A DNA stretch of 63,992 nucleotides, filler included, from Octopus bimaculoides (Eukaryota), in NCBI RefSeq assembly GCF_001194135.2. It is 6 parts of 6 records of this genome, joined end to end, with 100 filler letters (N's around TTAATTAATTAA, not from the genome) between each part and the next. Parts side by side here need not be neighbours in the genome. Positions count along the whole stretch, not along the records: positions 24,917 to 43,782 come from NC_068981.1; 5 more parts are not named here. One strand, given 5' to 3'. Every line of letters begins with the position of its first letter. Within the stretch, counting starts at the first letter, position 1. Made by a program: the position numbers and the translations under genes. Below, one piece after another: positions 24,917-37,985 of the stretch. The notes below the pieces were generated by a model. The model did not search any database and had not been told where the DNA came from. It saw only the letters and a list, made by a program, of their open reading frames with translations.

Positions 24917-26779
24917 TCACCACCTCCTCTTTCCACGGGACAAGGACAGCTTGTGGTGAGATGGAGGAAGAAGACAACAAGAAGCAAAAGGACAGAATGA
25001 AACGTTGGACCTTACCTTGCCGACCGCAGCGGAGTACACGATCGCTCCTGATCAGAACACGTCTTTCTCGTAACGTCGCTGTTTTCTGACTGACTCCACG
25101 GGCTAGCCTTCGACCGCGTGTCACCGACTTCCGATCTGACCCTTCCGGTCTGGCTTCACCTCTGTTTGCCTCACCCCTCTCCACCACAACACACAGCTCA
25201 TCACAACCCATAACACCACAAACCTCAAGTTTCTCTTGCCCTTCATCGAAAACATCTTTTCTAAACACCCTTCTCTCTGAAGTACACATCTCAGCTCAGA
25301 CGGTACCTATAGTTGAACATCCTGCTCAACTATAGACAGTGTCTGACCCATATTAGAATGCAATTCACTTATCTGGGCCTGCGATGCATCCAAAAGCACA
25401 AACATCCAATATTACATCAAACCAATAAGTTAGCGGTCGACGTATGTAGCTGATATTAATTTTTTTGTTTCTAATTTTGACACGAGGCCAACAGTTTGAG
25501 GGGCGGGAGAAAGTCTATTACACTGACTACAGTACTTATTTTTACCGACCTCGAAAATATGAAAGACAAAGTCGACCTCGATAGAATTTGAACTCAGAAT
25601 GCAAATAATCAGAAGAAATGCTGCTAAGCATTTTTTCGAACGCGCTAATGACTATGCCAGCTTGTCGTCTTATTGACTGGTATTTATTGTAATGACCAAT
25701 GAAAATTGGAAGATAAAGTCAACCACTGCGGGAATCGAACGTAGAATATAAGGCTTGTATCTAAATGCAGCAAGGGCATTGTGTCCAACGCTTTTCCTAT
25801 TCTTCAAAAACTAGAAATTAGATAAATGTTGAAGATAAGAACAGAAAATGAAAGCCCACAAAACTCCATTATTTTTCATAAAAAATGCTATCATAAAGAA
25901 TACTTTTAAGGAAGCAATCAGATAAGTGTTGTAAAAATAAGGGAAGAAACTCTTGAGGTAAAAAAAATTCTCAACTCAATCTTGATTGGGCAGAAGCGTA
26001 AAAACATCAAAAAGCAAGACATTTGAGATTTTTTATTCACATTTTTTACATTAATATCTATCAAGTTTCACACAGTATATCTTTTTACACTTAAAGTTTA
26101 TGTATGTTATCTTCCCTTGCAGTTTCCTATATTTATTCATTTATAATATTATTTGCATTAAAGAACGACAGATTGACGGAACAAGTAAAGAACGAGTAAC
26201 ATACAATACGCTGTTGAATTAAATTCCTTTACTTCTGAAGTTTAAATCACAGCGGCATCGACTTGCTTTTGATCTTCTGGTAGGCGATAAATGAAGCATC
26301 AGTAATACACTGCAATGGAATTAGTTGTCTATGCAGTCGCATAGCGGGTAGGTGGTGGAGATGGTGGTGGTAGTGGCAATGATGGTCCGCTTTGAGCGAT
26401 GCTTTTATGGGGCGACACTTTAAGGACTGCTGTCTAAGTCTGTATTGGTTTTGGGGCCCAAAAGGTGAGAGGGTGGAAAAATTAAGGGCTGCCCGGGCGG
26501 CACACACTTTAGTTGCGTCACTGCGTCCTCACAAATTTCTGATTGTGTGTCACTGTTTGAAATTAATATTCAGGATAGAGTGACAGAACTATTAGAGTGT
26601 CTGACAAAATACATAGCAAAGTTCAGTTAATACTGTTTTCTTTCTAATTTCAAACCCTACTGAAATCAACTTTGGTTTTCATCTCTCCAGAAGCGATAAA
26701 AAAAAACAAAAAACAAACAAACAAAGGGCAGGAGTTGATTTTATCGACAACATCCTCCCACAAATAATTGATGTGCTTA

Positions 26780-27760
26780 ATTTAGAAACGATAACAGGGC
26801 ACCACAGAATCGTTGCGGCAGTGGGGAAAACGGCTCGGGGTATTTATTACAGCTCTTTACATTCTGTCAAAGCGAACTTAGCTGTTCATTTTTTCGAGAT
26901 CGATAAAACAAAGTATCAGTCAAGTCCCGATGTCTTCAACTAACCCCTCTCTACAATTTCTGTAATAGATATAATCACCTGTACCTGCAATAGATATAAT
27001 CGCGGCTGAAGGTTAATTGGCAGAATTAACGGAACGTCGGGCAAAAATGTAGCATTTAATTGCGATCCTTTACGTTCTGATTTCGAATTGCACCGAGGTC
27101 AATTTTGTAACCCTTCTCCGCAATCTCTGGTCTTGTACCCGTAATAGAAACAAGCATGGCAGAAGGTTAATTGACAGAACCAGCAGATGGTCGAACGAAA
27201 AATGCCTTGTGGCATTTAATTCCGGTTCTTTACGTTCTGTTTTCGAATTCCACCGAGATGACTTTTGCTTTTCTCCCTTCCGGTGATCATAAAATAAAGT
27301 ACCAGTCAAGTACTGGGGTTGATGTATTTGATTAACTTCTTCTCTCTAAAAAATCGCTGGCTTTGTTCCAAAAATAAACGAAAAAACATTGTTATTATTA
27401 AGGCGGCGAGAGAGCGGAGTCGTTATCGCGCCGGCCAAAATGCTTAGCAGCATTTCTTCTGGCTTCTTGTATTTTGAATTCAAATGCCACCGAGGTCAAC
27501 TTTGTTTTTCACACTTTTAGGTTCAATAAAATAAGTAGCAGAGAAGTTCTGAGATCGATGTAATCGACTTGCCACCTCCTCTAAAAATTGCTGGTCTTGT
27601 GCCAAAAGTTGAAATCATTAATGCGGTAAAATTGTTAGCATGTAGGAAAAATGATTGAGTTCAAATCCCGCCGAGACCGACTTTGACTTTTGTTTGTCTT
27701 TAGTCAATAAAATAATATCTAGTGAAGTACAAGTATCAATATAATCGACAATTCCTTCCT
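26780..27760 (+). repeat. Cluster of degenerate SINE family B heads and bodies
   Basis: Repeated TTGGCAGAA..TTTACGTTCTG..TTCAAAT..CACCGAGGTC motifs at about 200-bp spacing. Confidence 0.6.
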
Positions 27761-28289
27761 ACCCTCAAATGTGTGACCTTCTGTGTATGTTAGAAATAAT
27801 CAATAATTGATATATATTATTACTTTCGGGACTAATAATGAAATCAACAGCAATCGATAATGTTATATTATTATTCGGCTGTTATACTACCTCAGGCACT
27901 CCTCATAATTATAACTGTTTCATACAGTGGTCAAGTTTACATTTGTTATAGGTCTCGGCGTAATAGCAATAGTGATAGAGACATTAGTCTTTCTCTATCT
28001 CATACAAATAAATCTATAATGAAAAAGAGAACAAACGCCGAGGTTAACGAATAACATCATAATAAATAAATTTTATTTTTTGGTTGCTTGGCTTTACATA
28101 ACGTAGTATCTGCTAGCAGGGTCGCCTCTGGGTTTGTGTGTTGTCAGCATAGGTGAAGTCGAAAGGTTGGTTAAGTCATCCCAGTAGAGTTGACGGAGTG
28201 GATCTCAGCAAGTTGTGTCTACCACAGCTCTGAGGCAAAGAGAGAGAGAGAGAGTGGTCGAATAAACGTGCGAAAGGCTTTAAATACTG

Positions 28290-28400
28290 GTTTATTACGC
28301 ATGCGCACTCAAGGGGCTTTCGGGAAGGCAAATCCCTTGCGCATACGCAGATCGCACTTTCTAAAATGGCGGCCATAATTTCGCGCCACTACGCATTTTA
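28290..28400. promoter_or_regulatory. Candidate CpG-rich housekeeping-type promoter
   Basis: ACGCATGCGCAC and TGCGCATACGCA (NRF1-like GCGCATGCGC) plus AAAATGGCGGCC (YY1-like) within 90 bp of unique, CpG-rich sequence. Confidence 0.4.
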
Positions 28401-28626
28401 TTCCTCTGGGGGTCGATGAAAAAAAAGAAATGCAGTTTGTATCGACTGAATCGTATTGATTGCACCTGTGCGACCTCCTACTCAAGTTAATAAACGTGCG
28501 CGCGGACAAACACACACACACACGNNNNNNNNNNNNNNNNNNNNNNNNNNNNNNNNNNNNNNNNNNNNNNNNNNNNNNNNNNNNNNNNNNNNNNNNNNNN
28601 NNNNNNNNNNNNNTATGTATGTATGT

Positions 28627-29652
28627 CTCTTCTATCTTTTAATTATTATAAATCTTCCACTGAGGAGGGAGCCGGTTTCTAACAAAGATACAAGGCTCTA
28701 TCTTTGGGATGTAGTTAACATAGACAAATTCGCATTTAGAACTTGAGAAAAGTCTTGCATATTTTTACTGTTCCACTCACAGATTGCGCTTGTAATATAC
28801 GAATTAGCTGGTCGATTTCTCTTTCTGAAAATCCTAGTTTATCCAGATTCTCCTTTCAGTATTTACTAACAAAACCTAGTGCTCCAATTATTATTGGTAT
28901 GAATATGAATTCATAGTCTGGATATAGAAGCTGGAGGTTTCGAGGTAGTTGGCCATAGATATCCTCTTTTTCTTTGATTTTCAAAGAGATATTTATATCT
29001 GCAGGGCAGCTAACCTCTATGATGGTACATACCTTTGTCCCTCTGCCCCAAACAACAATATCCCGCCTGTTACGTTTACATTTGACAGATGTTTTGATGG
29101 GAATATTCCATCAGTATTCCTTGGGTTGGTGTTTTTGAATGTATTCCATAACAGAGGGATTTTCAACGTTTATTTCAGGACAGTCTTTTTTGCGGATGGC
29201 ATTGTAAATTGTTTTAGCGACAACATCGTGCTGCATAGGGAGGTAGTACCGTGACGACATTTTTGGACAGCTGCTAATCACATGCGTGATGTCTTCCACA
29301 GAAACATGACATAGCCTACACATGCGGTTGCACCTTGGGATTACAAGAACGTCACAGTCTCTCTTGTTCACCAGATATATTGTGGCAATCTCATAGCCTT
29401 CAAAGTATGATGTGATGTAGTGGTCTTGTGTCCAAGAGAGGCTGCGCTTCGTGTCATTTCTACTGTCTTCTCCAAGCTTCCGGGCAACATACACATGCAT
29501 AGTCATTTTTTGTATGCTGAGTGCTTTTCATTCAGATCTTTTTTGAGATAAGAGAGCCCAGCTGTTTTGGGGCTGTATGGGAGATCATCAGGAAGAGAGT
29601 GCTTCTTGAGGAACTCACTGCCAACTCGCACAATGTTGCTCACTTCACTTCA
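28627..29652 (-). pseudogene. 5'-truncated R4-clade RLE retrotransposon (CCHC knuckle + RLE + 3' UTR) between (TACA)n tracts
   Basis: CRLCHVSVEDITHVISSCP (CCHC zinc knuckle), RRDIVVW..CTIIEVSCPAD (RLE), C-terminus GTVKICKTFLKF*; GTTAGAAACCGGCTC at 28669-28683. Confidence 0.8.
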
Positions 29653-29670
29653 TGTACGTATGTATGTATG

Positions 29671-29704
<34 letters not shown>

Positions 29705-30633
29705 TGTATGTATGTATGTATGTATGTATGTATGTATGTATGTATGTATGTGATAAGTATTGATCTATATATATATATATATATATATATATCATAAAGT
29801 TAGTTTCATAATAGCAGCAAATTTATGTCACTAATCGGTTTCATGTTGAGGATCTTCCAACTGTAGAAAGGCAAATTAACAATCATCGGACATGGCTGAA
29901 GGGAAAGTATAGCTAGGAGGTCTTTGTCACTACATCCGTTTTATGGGTCTTAGAAATGTAAAAAATGTAACGATACTCATGGATAAAAAAAAAAGCACAA
30001 TCAAAGAAGCCAGAGGCAAAAAAGAAAAGAACGAAAAATAGGCAAGGCGTGTTTTTAGGATTGGTTGTTCTCCCATTAGGACTACCTTCACAATAAAAGC
30101 CTTCATGTCTCCACAAACAGCACTTATTTTCAAGCATATATANNNNNNNNNNNNNNNNNNNNNNNNNNNNNNNNNNNNNNNNNNNNNNNNNNNNNNNNNN
30201 NNNNNNNNNNNNNNNNNNNNNNNNNNNNNNNNNNNNNNNNNNNNNNNNNNNNNNNNNNNNNNNNNNNNNNNNNNNNNNNNNNNNNNNNNNNNNNNNNNNN
30301 NNNNNNNNNNNNNNNNNNNNNNNNNNNNNNNNNNNNNNNNNNNNNNNNNNNNNNNNNNNNNNNNNNNNNNNNNNNNNNNNNNNNNNNNNNNNNNNNNNNN
30401 NNNNNNNNNNNNNNNNNNNTAACAAGAACAGGACAGTGAGAACAAGACAGTAAAAACAAACGGCGACGGCTGTTGAGCCAAGACGATAGAAAAATTGTTA
30501 TGAACGCTAGGTAGACGAGCCATGAGGAGACAGGAAAAGCACGTCTTTTCTTTAGCAAGGAAGTGGACAGAAAGAGAGATCCCCTTTCGTCACGTGTCAC
30601 GTGTATGTATGTATGTATGTATGTATGTATGTA

Positions 30634-30664
<31 letters not shown>

Positions 30665-30668
<4 letters not shown>

Positions 30669-30960
30669 GCGCATGGCCAAATGGTTAGTGTATTGCACTC
30701 ATGTTCGTGACCTTGTGGTTTCAAATCTTAAACCGGGTAGTGTCTTGTGTTCTTGAGCAAAGTACGTCATCATGCGTTGCTCTGCGATTACTTCGACACC
30801 TGACGTGTAGCACATCGTGCACCTATTCAGGTAACGTCGATATAATGGAAGGAGTGAGCTAATGTACAACACCTACATTGGATCACTATAAACAAATCAT
30901 TTGTGCAGATCGTTCAGCAAAAGCTGAACACTCATAAGTTATCTTCGATGGGAGACTCCA
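30665..30960 (+). mobile_element. tRNA-head SINE, degenerate
   Basis: GGCGCATGGCCAAATGGTTAG (A-box-like), GGTTTCAAATC (B-box-like), then GTGTTCTTGAGCAAAG as in family C. Confidence 0.5.
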
Positions 30961-31669
30961 TCGTATATATATATACATACACACGAACTCTCCGACCTCA
31001 CCCCATCTCGCTCTGTCTCCTCCATCGCTCTTTCTATTCTTATCTCACCCTTATCTCCTCTTCATCTTCCTATTACATATACAAACACTTTTAACAAGCT
31101 AACTGTTACTAATATATATTCTAAAAACTAGAATGGATTTGAGCTCATCAGAGTTGTGTCTAAGGGACGTAACTCTGATGGACTTAAGTCCCAGTATTTT
31201 TATCTTTGTTTTTATATTCTTTTTTTTTTTTACAGCCACTTGTTTTTACATCTCTGAAAGCCATAAATCGGATGCGGCAGCTTCAGGAACCCAGCAACGA
31301 AGAATTCAAACCATACTTTTTCATTCAGCCATGTCTAATGATTATCAATTTACTTATCCACTATTTCAGCATGAAACAGTTCGATAACATAAAATGGCTA
31401 TTAGATTAAATTCATTTACATTATACTACCAGAGATACCTGGCATTGCTCGGGATTAAAATAAACATAGTTTTTTTTTTGTTTTACTTGTTTCAGTCATG
31501 TGAGTGTGGCCATGCTGGAGCACCGCCTTTAGTCGAACATATCGACCCTGGATTTATTCTTTGTAAGCCTAGTAATTATTCTATCGGAGTCTTTTGCCGA
31601 ACTGCTAAGTTATGGGGACGTTAACATAGCAACAGCGGTTGTCAAGCGATGGTAGGGGTACAAACAAAG

Positions 31670-31734
<65 letters not shown>

Positions 31735-31852
31735 NNNNNNNNNNNNNNNNNNNNNNNNNNNNNNNNNNNNNNNNNNNNNNNNNNNNNNNNNNNNNNNNNN
31801 NNNNNNNNNNNNNNNNNNNNNNNNNNNNNNNNNNNNNNNNNNNNNNNNNNNN

Positions 31853-31943
<91 letters not shown>

Positions 31944-32023
31944 GATACATATATACATGTATATATATGTATATATATACATATTTATATATATATGTAT
32001 ATATATATACATATATATATATT

Positions 32024-32055
<32 letters not shown>

Positions 32056-32124
32056 TATACATACATACAAATATATATAAACACACACACATACACACAC
32101 ACACACACACATATATATAAATGA

Positions 32125-32431
32125 ATGTATATTTTTTCAATGTGTACAAATAGTAAGGGAAATAGTTACCAGGGTAATTCACATAAGTGCCAAGGATATT
32201 ACACCCTACTTATAAAGGTAGAAATTCCAGGGTTAAGTGAAATGTTTTTGTATAACACGGATAAATTAAGAAACGGAGTAATCAAACGCAGGTGTTATTC
32301 AAATCATTTATACTTCCAAAATATGTTTCGAAAAAAGCATTGAGTTTATTCCGGAGGGAATAATCTGAATGCTTTTTTTCGAAACATATGATTTGAACAA
32401 CATCTGCGTTTGACTCCATTTCTTAATTTAT

Positions 32432-32433
<2 letters not shown>
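32125..32433. repeat. Deleted copy of the foldback at 33286-33536 together with its left flank (local duplication of 33140-33536)
   Basis: Shared ATAGTTACCAGGGTA..TACACCCT.CTTATAAAGGTAGAAATT flank; shortened palindrome centred near 32353. Confidence 0.7.
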
Positions 32434-32509
<76 letters not shown>

Positions 32510-32590
32510 GTAGGGAAGAGGATTTGAAAATGCAGGGTCGTTTAAAGATGTTTATTGACTTGACCGATTTCTCATTTTTAAAAAAAGAAT

Positions 32591-33006
32591 TTCAAATATA
32601 AAGTGCAAGGCTTTGTGTAGCTTTTGTGGTGTTAAAATTTAGTCAACGTAGATGTATTAAAATACAGTGATAGCGTCTTTGACAAAGATAAGAAAAGATT
32701 AAGAGAGGCTTTGTGTCTAAACAGTTTGCATAAAAGTGTTCAAAATAAGCAGTGAAATAAGTTCATAATTGCTTATAAGTTCATCAAACAATTATGAACC
32801 TATTTTACTGCCTATATTGAACACTTTTATGTAAACTGTTTAAGCACAAAGCCGCTCTTAACGTTTTCTTATCATTGTCAAAGATTCCATTTCTTAACAT
32901 TTTCTTATCCTTGTCAATGACTCCATTACTGTATTTTAATAAATCTATGTTAACTAATTTTTAACATCACAAAGGCTACACAAAGCCTTGCACTTTACTT
33001 TTGAAA
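32591..33006. mobile_element. Foldback (long inverted repeat) element, arms about 180-215 bp
   Basis: Left arm 32591-32771 is the imperfect reverse complement of 32789-33006; loop of 17 nt; the right arm carries a short internal duplication. Confidence 0.8.
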
Positions 33007-33285
33007 ANNNNNNNNNNNNNNNNNNNNNNNNNNNNNNNNNNNNNNNNNNNNNNNNNNNNNNNNNNNNNNNNNNNNNNNNNNNNNNNNNNNNNNNNNNNNN
33101 NNNNNNNATCTATCTATCTATCTATCTATGTGTGTGTGTATGTGTACTTTCTTAATGTATACAAATAATACGGAAAAAAATAGTTACCAGGGTAGCAAAA
33201 ATTCAGTTAAATGCCAAGGGCATTACACCCTGCTTATAAAGGTAGAAATTTCATGGTTAAATGAAATGTTTTTGTATAACATAGA

Positions 33286-33536
33286 TAAATTAAGAAATGG
33301 AGTCAAACGCAGGTGTTATTCAAATCTTTATACTTCCGACATATGTTTCGAAGAAGACATTGATATTTTTCCGGAGGGAATAAAATGATGTAAAACAATG
33401 CAATCATCTCATCAGGGGAAAAAAATGATTGCATCATTTTATTTCCTCTGGAATAATATCAATGTTTTCTTCGAAACATATGTCGGAAGTGTAAAGATTT
33501 GAATAACACCTACGTTTGACTCCATTTCTTAATTTA
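33286..33536. mobile_element. Foldback/MITE, arms about 110-120 bp
   Basis: TAAATTAAGAAATGGAGTCAAACG..ATGCAATCAT / ATGATTGCAT..CGTTTGACTCCATTTCTTAATTTA. Confidence 0.8.
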
Positions 33537-33554
33537 CATATATATATCGATATG

Positions 33555-33602
<48 letters not shown>

Positions 33603-34594
33603 TATATATATATATCATGGGATATTGAGTTATATGGTGAATTAAATTACATTGCATATGTTATAAGCTATATGTTATGGTATGTGTTGTGCTATATGCT
33701 CTATGTAATTACTATCCCATGAAAACTCTGCCTAGTTAGTCTGACTTCATCATGTTTTTGGTGATTAAACTAGTTGTTCTTTTCTATGATGTTCTACCCT
33801 ACTGATCATATTATGTATATTTGTAATGGCTTTTATGTAAGTCAGTCTCCTAATCATATACCTCCTTGAAACTACAAAATCATATATGTAATAGTACCTG
33901 TAACACTGAAAATTATAAAATCTCTTCGGTCGGAATACCTCCAACTGCCTTCACTACTCCCATACCTACTACCTTCTCTTTTAGGGTTACTATTATCTCT
34001 TCACTACCTCAAATTTTAATACCCCGCCTATTTAAATGTAAGTTATATATATTTCTTATCATTTTCTATAAATTATTATTATTTTGTTTTCTTACATTGA
34101 TATTCTTACCTATTAACTTCTTGTCCCTTATAATTGTTACTGTTCTTAAATAGAGATTTTTCAGTTACTAGGTCTATGCGAGATGGTTATACTATATCTA
34201 TATAAACGTATAAATATTTGCATATATGTATATATGCATATATGTGCATAACCTATTAACCTCTTATCCCTTATAAATTGTTATCTTTCTTGTTCGTAAA
34301 TAGATAGATAAGTTTTAGTTACTTAAGTCTATGCGAGATGGTTATACTATATCCATATAAACGTATAAATATTTATGTATATGTGCTTGTGTGCACATAG
34401 GTAAATATGTGTGTATCTGTACACATCTTTATTTTTTCTGATTCTTGGCTTATAATTAATATATAGATAGCATGTTTATCTTTCCAGCATTCCATAAGTA
34501 AATGCCCAGAGAAGTTATTATAGAAACCACCTAATAAGTAAATAATTAAGTACATGAACGACTATTAAACTGATTCTATGGATTATTATTAATC

Positions 34595-34633
<39 letters not shown>

Positions 34634-34719
34634 ATAAGTAAATAATAATACTGCATGCTATAAAGATTGATATACCCACTCTGTTGACAAATGTACGGGC
34701 GCCTGCATTTTTCTTAGAC

Positions 34720-34796
<77 letters not shown>

Positions 34797-35852
34797 TATA
34801 CACATAACTTTTTAGGTAAGACTGCTGATCAGCCAAAAACATGCACACATTTGTATATATGATTTATTTTTGTTCTATAGTAGTAAAAAAAATTCTCTAT
34901 TTGATATGTATACAATGCCTTGTTTTAATTGTTGTTTATAGCAGACCTACTAACAAAGGCATTCCAGCCATGATCATCCTATCATTTATTTTCAGACCAG
35001 TCCTGTGAAGGTGTGCGGCTTAGTGGCTAATGTGTTGCACTCACCATTGTCAGATCGTAGGTTCGATTCCAGATTGGAGGGTGTGTTGTGTTCTTGATCG
35101 AAACATTTAATTTCACGTTGCTCTAGTACTGTGTGAGGACAGGCATACCAAAGAATACCTCCAACTTTTTCTCTGCGTGTCGTAAAAGGCGACTAAAAGA
35201 GGCTGAAGTAGGATTTGCACTCCGACTTAGTAAAACCCCCACCAGCAGAGATTATCCGAACAGACTCATGAGTTGGAAGGTTGTTGCCTGGGAGGTGCAA
35301 AGGAGTAGAGAATCACCAACAAATGGTACTTGCAGCAATGCGCTGTTACAGCAAATGCCCCCGTACTACTGCTGCTACTACTAGCCCTGTAACTTGGACA
35401 ATAATTACTAGGGCGTCCTTTGTATATTTTTAATGATAAGAAGTGATCCGAGGAAAATGTTGTTGCTTTTTCTATTTAATGGAAAGTTCATATAGATGTT
35501 CACTGATTGGCTTATTTTGCCTATATGCGTAAGAAATGGTGTTTTGGTTATGTATTTGTTTGCTTCGCTTTATTATTATACCCTAAGCGCCACTGTGGAG
35601 GTTGTTTCTGCTTTTAGTAACTACATTCTATTTCCAGATCTTTATATTTCCAGATATTTATATTTCCCATGTCGTCTAGTGATATATTGTTATTCAGTGG
35701 TATTGGAATATCGATTTGGTGACGTTTTATCCTGTTTGTATTTGATTATAATTTTTTAATTACTTATTCAGTGGATGCCTTTTCAGAATCTCCAAGGCTG
35801 GAGATAGGAAGAAGGCATTCTGAGACGGATGACCTGACTCAAATGTTTTATT

Positions 35853-36045
35853 ATACGGGGTGGTATCAAAAGGTTTCTAGATTAGATATGTTTAATACAA
35901 AATAACTTATTTACTTAAGTTTTAACGTCATCTCCTTCGAAATAGACACCTCGCGCAGCAATACACCGGTCCCAGCGTTCCTGCCACTTTTCGAATCCGG
36001 CCTGGAAGTTGTTTTCCGTAAGCAAGTCGATGTCAAAACGGCTGG
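35853..36045 (-). mobile_element. Mariner 3' end with TIR
   Basis: FQAGFEKWQERWDRCIAARGVYFEGD* (mariner C-terminus) and a TACGGGGTGGTATCAAAAGGTTT terminal repeat. Confidence 0.75.
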
Positions 36046-36831
36046 TAAGATGCCAAACGGCTGATAAGATGCCAAACGGCTGGTAACGAGTTAAGACTAC
36101 CACCTAAGTAGGTCATAGGATTTGAACGCAGAATGCAAAGAGATGGAACAAATACCGCATGGCATCCAGTTTGATGTGCTAACAGTTCTGTCAAATCACT
36201 ACATTGGTGTTTTTTTTATTAACTACAAAAGGACAAAAAGCAAAGTTGACCTCGTAGGGTTAGAACTCAGGGCTTAGGGAGTCAGAAAAATATCGTAAAG
36301 CATTTCGTCAGACTCCTATTGTAAGGCCACTTTGTCGCCTGCCAATAGGAATGCTGAAGGCACCAAAAGGACCAAATAGCGGTGTTAAATCGAGCGATGG
36401 AGGAAATCTATCACTCAAACGTAAGTACAAGGACCAATGTTTTTAAAGGGGGAAAAATATGGTTAACTGAATCAGCAAAAATACAGGTAGTTATTTATCG
36501 ACTCCATGGAATATGAAGGGCAAAGTCAACTGGTATGGGATCTGAAATCAAATTGTCAGGACATAAAAGTAAATAATGTCTAGATTTGTAGATTTCAATT
36601 CATAAATTTGTCTGTGTGAATCGGCACGTCCCATTGTTATACGATCCCATTGTTATTCTCTGGATCTTTTTGTGGCATATGTTTCTACTATCAACCGATC
36701 TTATCCATCGGTTTCGCACAGAAACAAAGTAATAAAGTGGATCAATGGATCAATAATACTACATGCTATAAAGATTGAATATACCCACTCTGTTGACAAA
36801 TGTACGGGCGCCTACATTTTTCTTAGACGAC

Positions 36832-36906
<75 letters not shown>

Positions 36907-36915
36907 GTGTGTGTA

Positions 36916-36952
<37 letters not shown>

Positions 36953-36973
36953 ATGTGTGTGTGTATGTGTGTA

Positions 36974-37067
<94 letters not shown>

Positions 37068-37572
37068 CATATCTTTTTAGGTAAGACTGCTGATCAGTCA
37101 AAAACAATATAGCTGATTTCATATCATAGCTCCTGTATATTCCCGCAGTTATTTTTGTATTTTGCATCATTATATGATTTGGTTAGTTTCTAGTAGGAAG
37201 GCTTTCATCTTTTACCGCGATCCTTCAGCATCAGCATTAAATCCTGCATTTCTCAGTCAGTTCTGATTTTATCTTTCGGTGAATTCTTTGGGCTTTTCTC
37301 TTGTAGAAGACTTTTTCTTTTGGTCAATATTTTAACATGACGTTTTGTGATCTCATTTTAAGTTCAGATTTTATTTTATGAATAGATTGTTGTTGTTTCT
37401 AATTATCCCAGCAGATACATGTTACTTCTGTATATATGCTTTGTGTTTGTTGGCTTCCCAGAAGACAGAAAATAGCTTTTGCATCTTTGCTAAATAGTTT
37501 TGTTCCTATTGCAGATAGTTTGTAAAAAAATTTTCAAGTTGCTGTAAAGCTAATAAAAATATATATACACTA

Positions 37573-37985
37573 TTCATCCATACATCCATCTTCTCAACTT
37601 ACTATTCCTGGGATGGTTATGTGGGTAGAGTACTACAGCACCTCCTCAGAAACAAACATTTTTGGACTCTCCAGCTGGATTTCTAAGCGTGACCAACTGA
37701 GACTATGGATATTATCCAACCATCTCGTTCTTCGTCTCCTGCCGATTGGCTCGGCTTGAAGAATCCGTCTTGTGATTCTTTCCTGTGACGTTCTAATCGC
37801 ATGTCTGTAGTACCAGAGTTGTTATCTCTTAATGCAGATGAGTAGCGGATCGAGTTGGAGAGACTCCTTGATCTCCGAGCTACGCACCCTGATATCCATG
37901 GAGGAACCCCATTTCAACCACTCACAATCCATTCGCGATCGTACTCTTTCGGTCACTACCCAACAATCATGATAGGCGAGGACAG
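37573..37985 (-). mobile_element. RTE-type LINE 3' end with (GGAT)n tail
   Basis: MDIRVRSSEIKESLQL..WY.RHAIRTSQERITRRILQAEPIGRRRRTRWLDN, then a short 3' UTR and GATGGATGTATGGATGAA tail. Confidence 0.65.
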
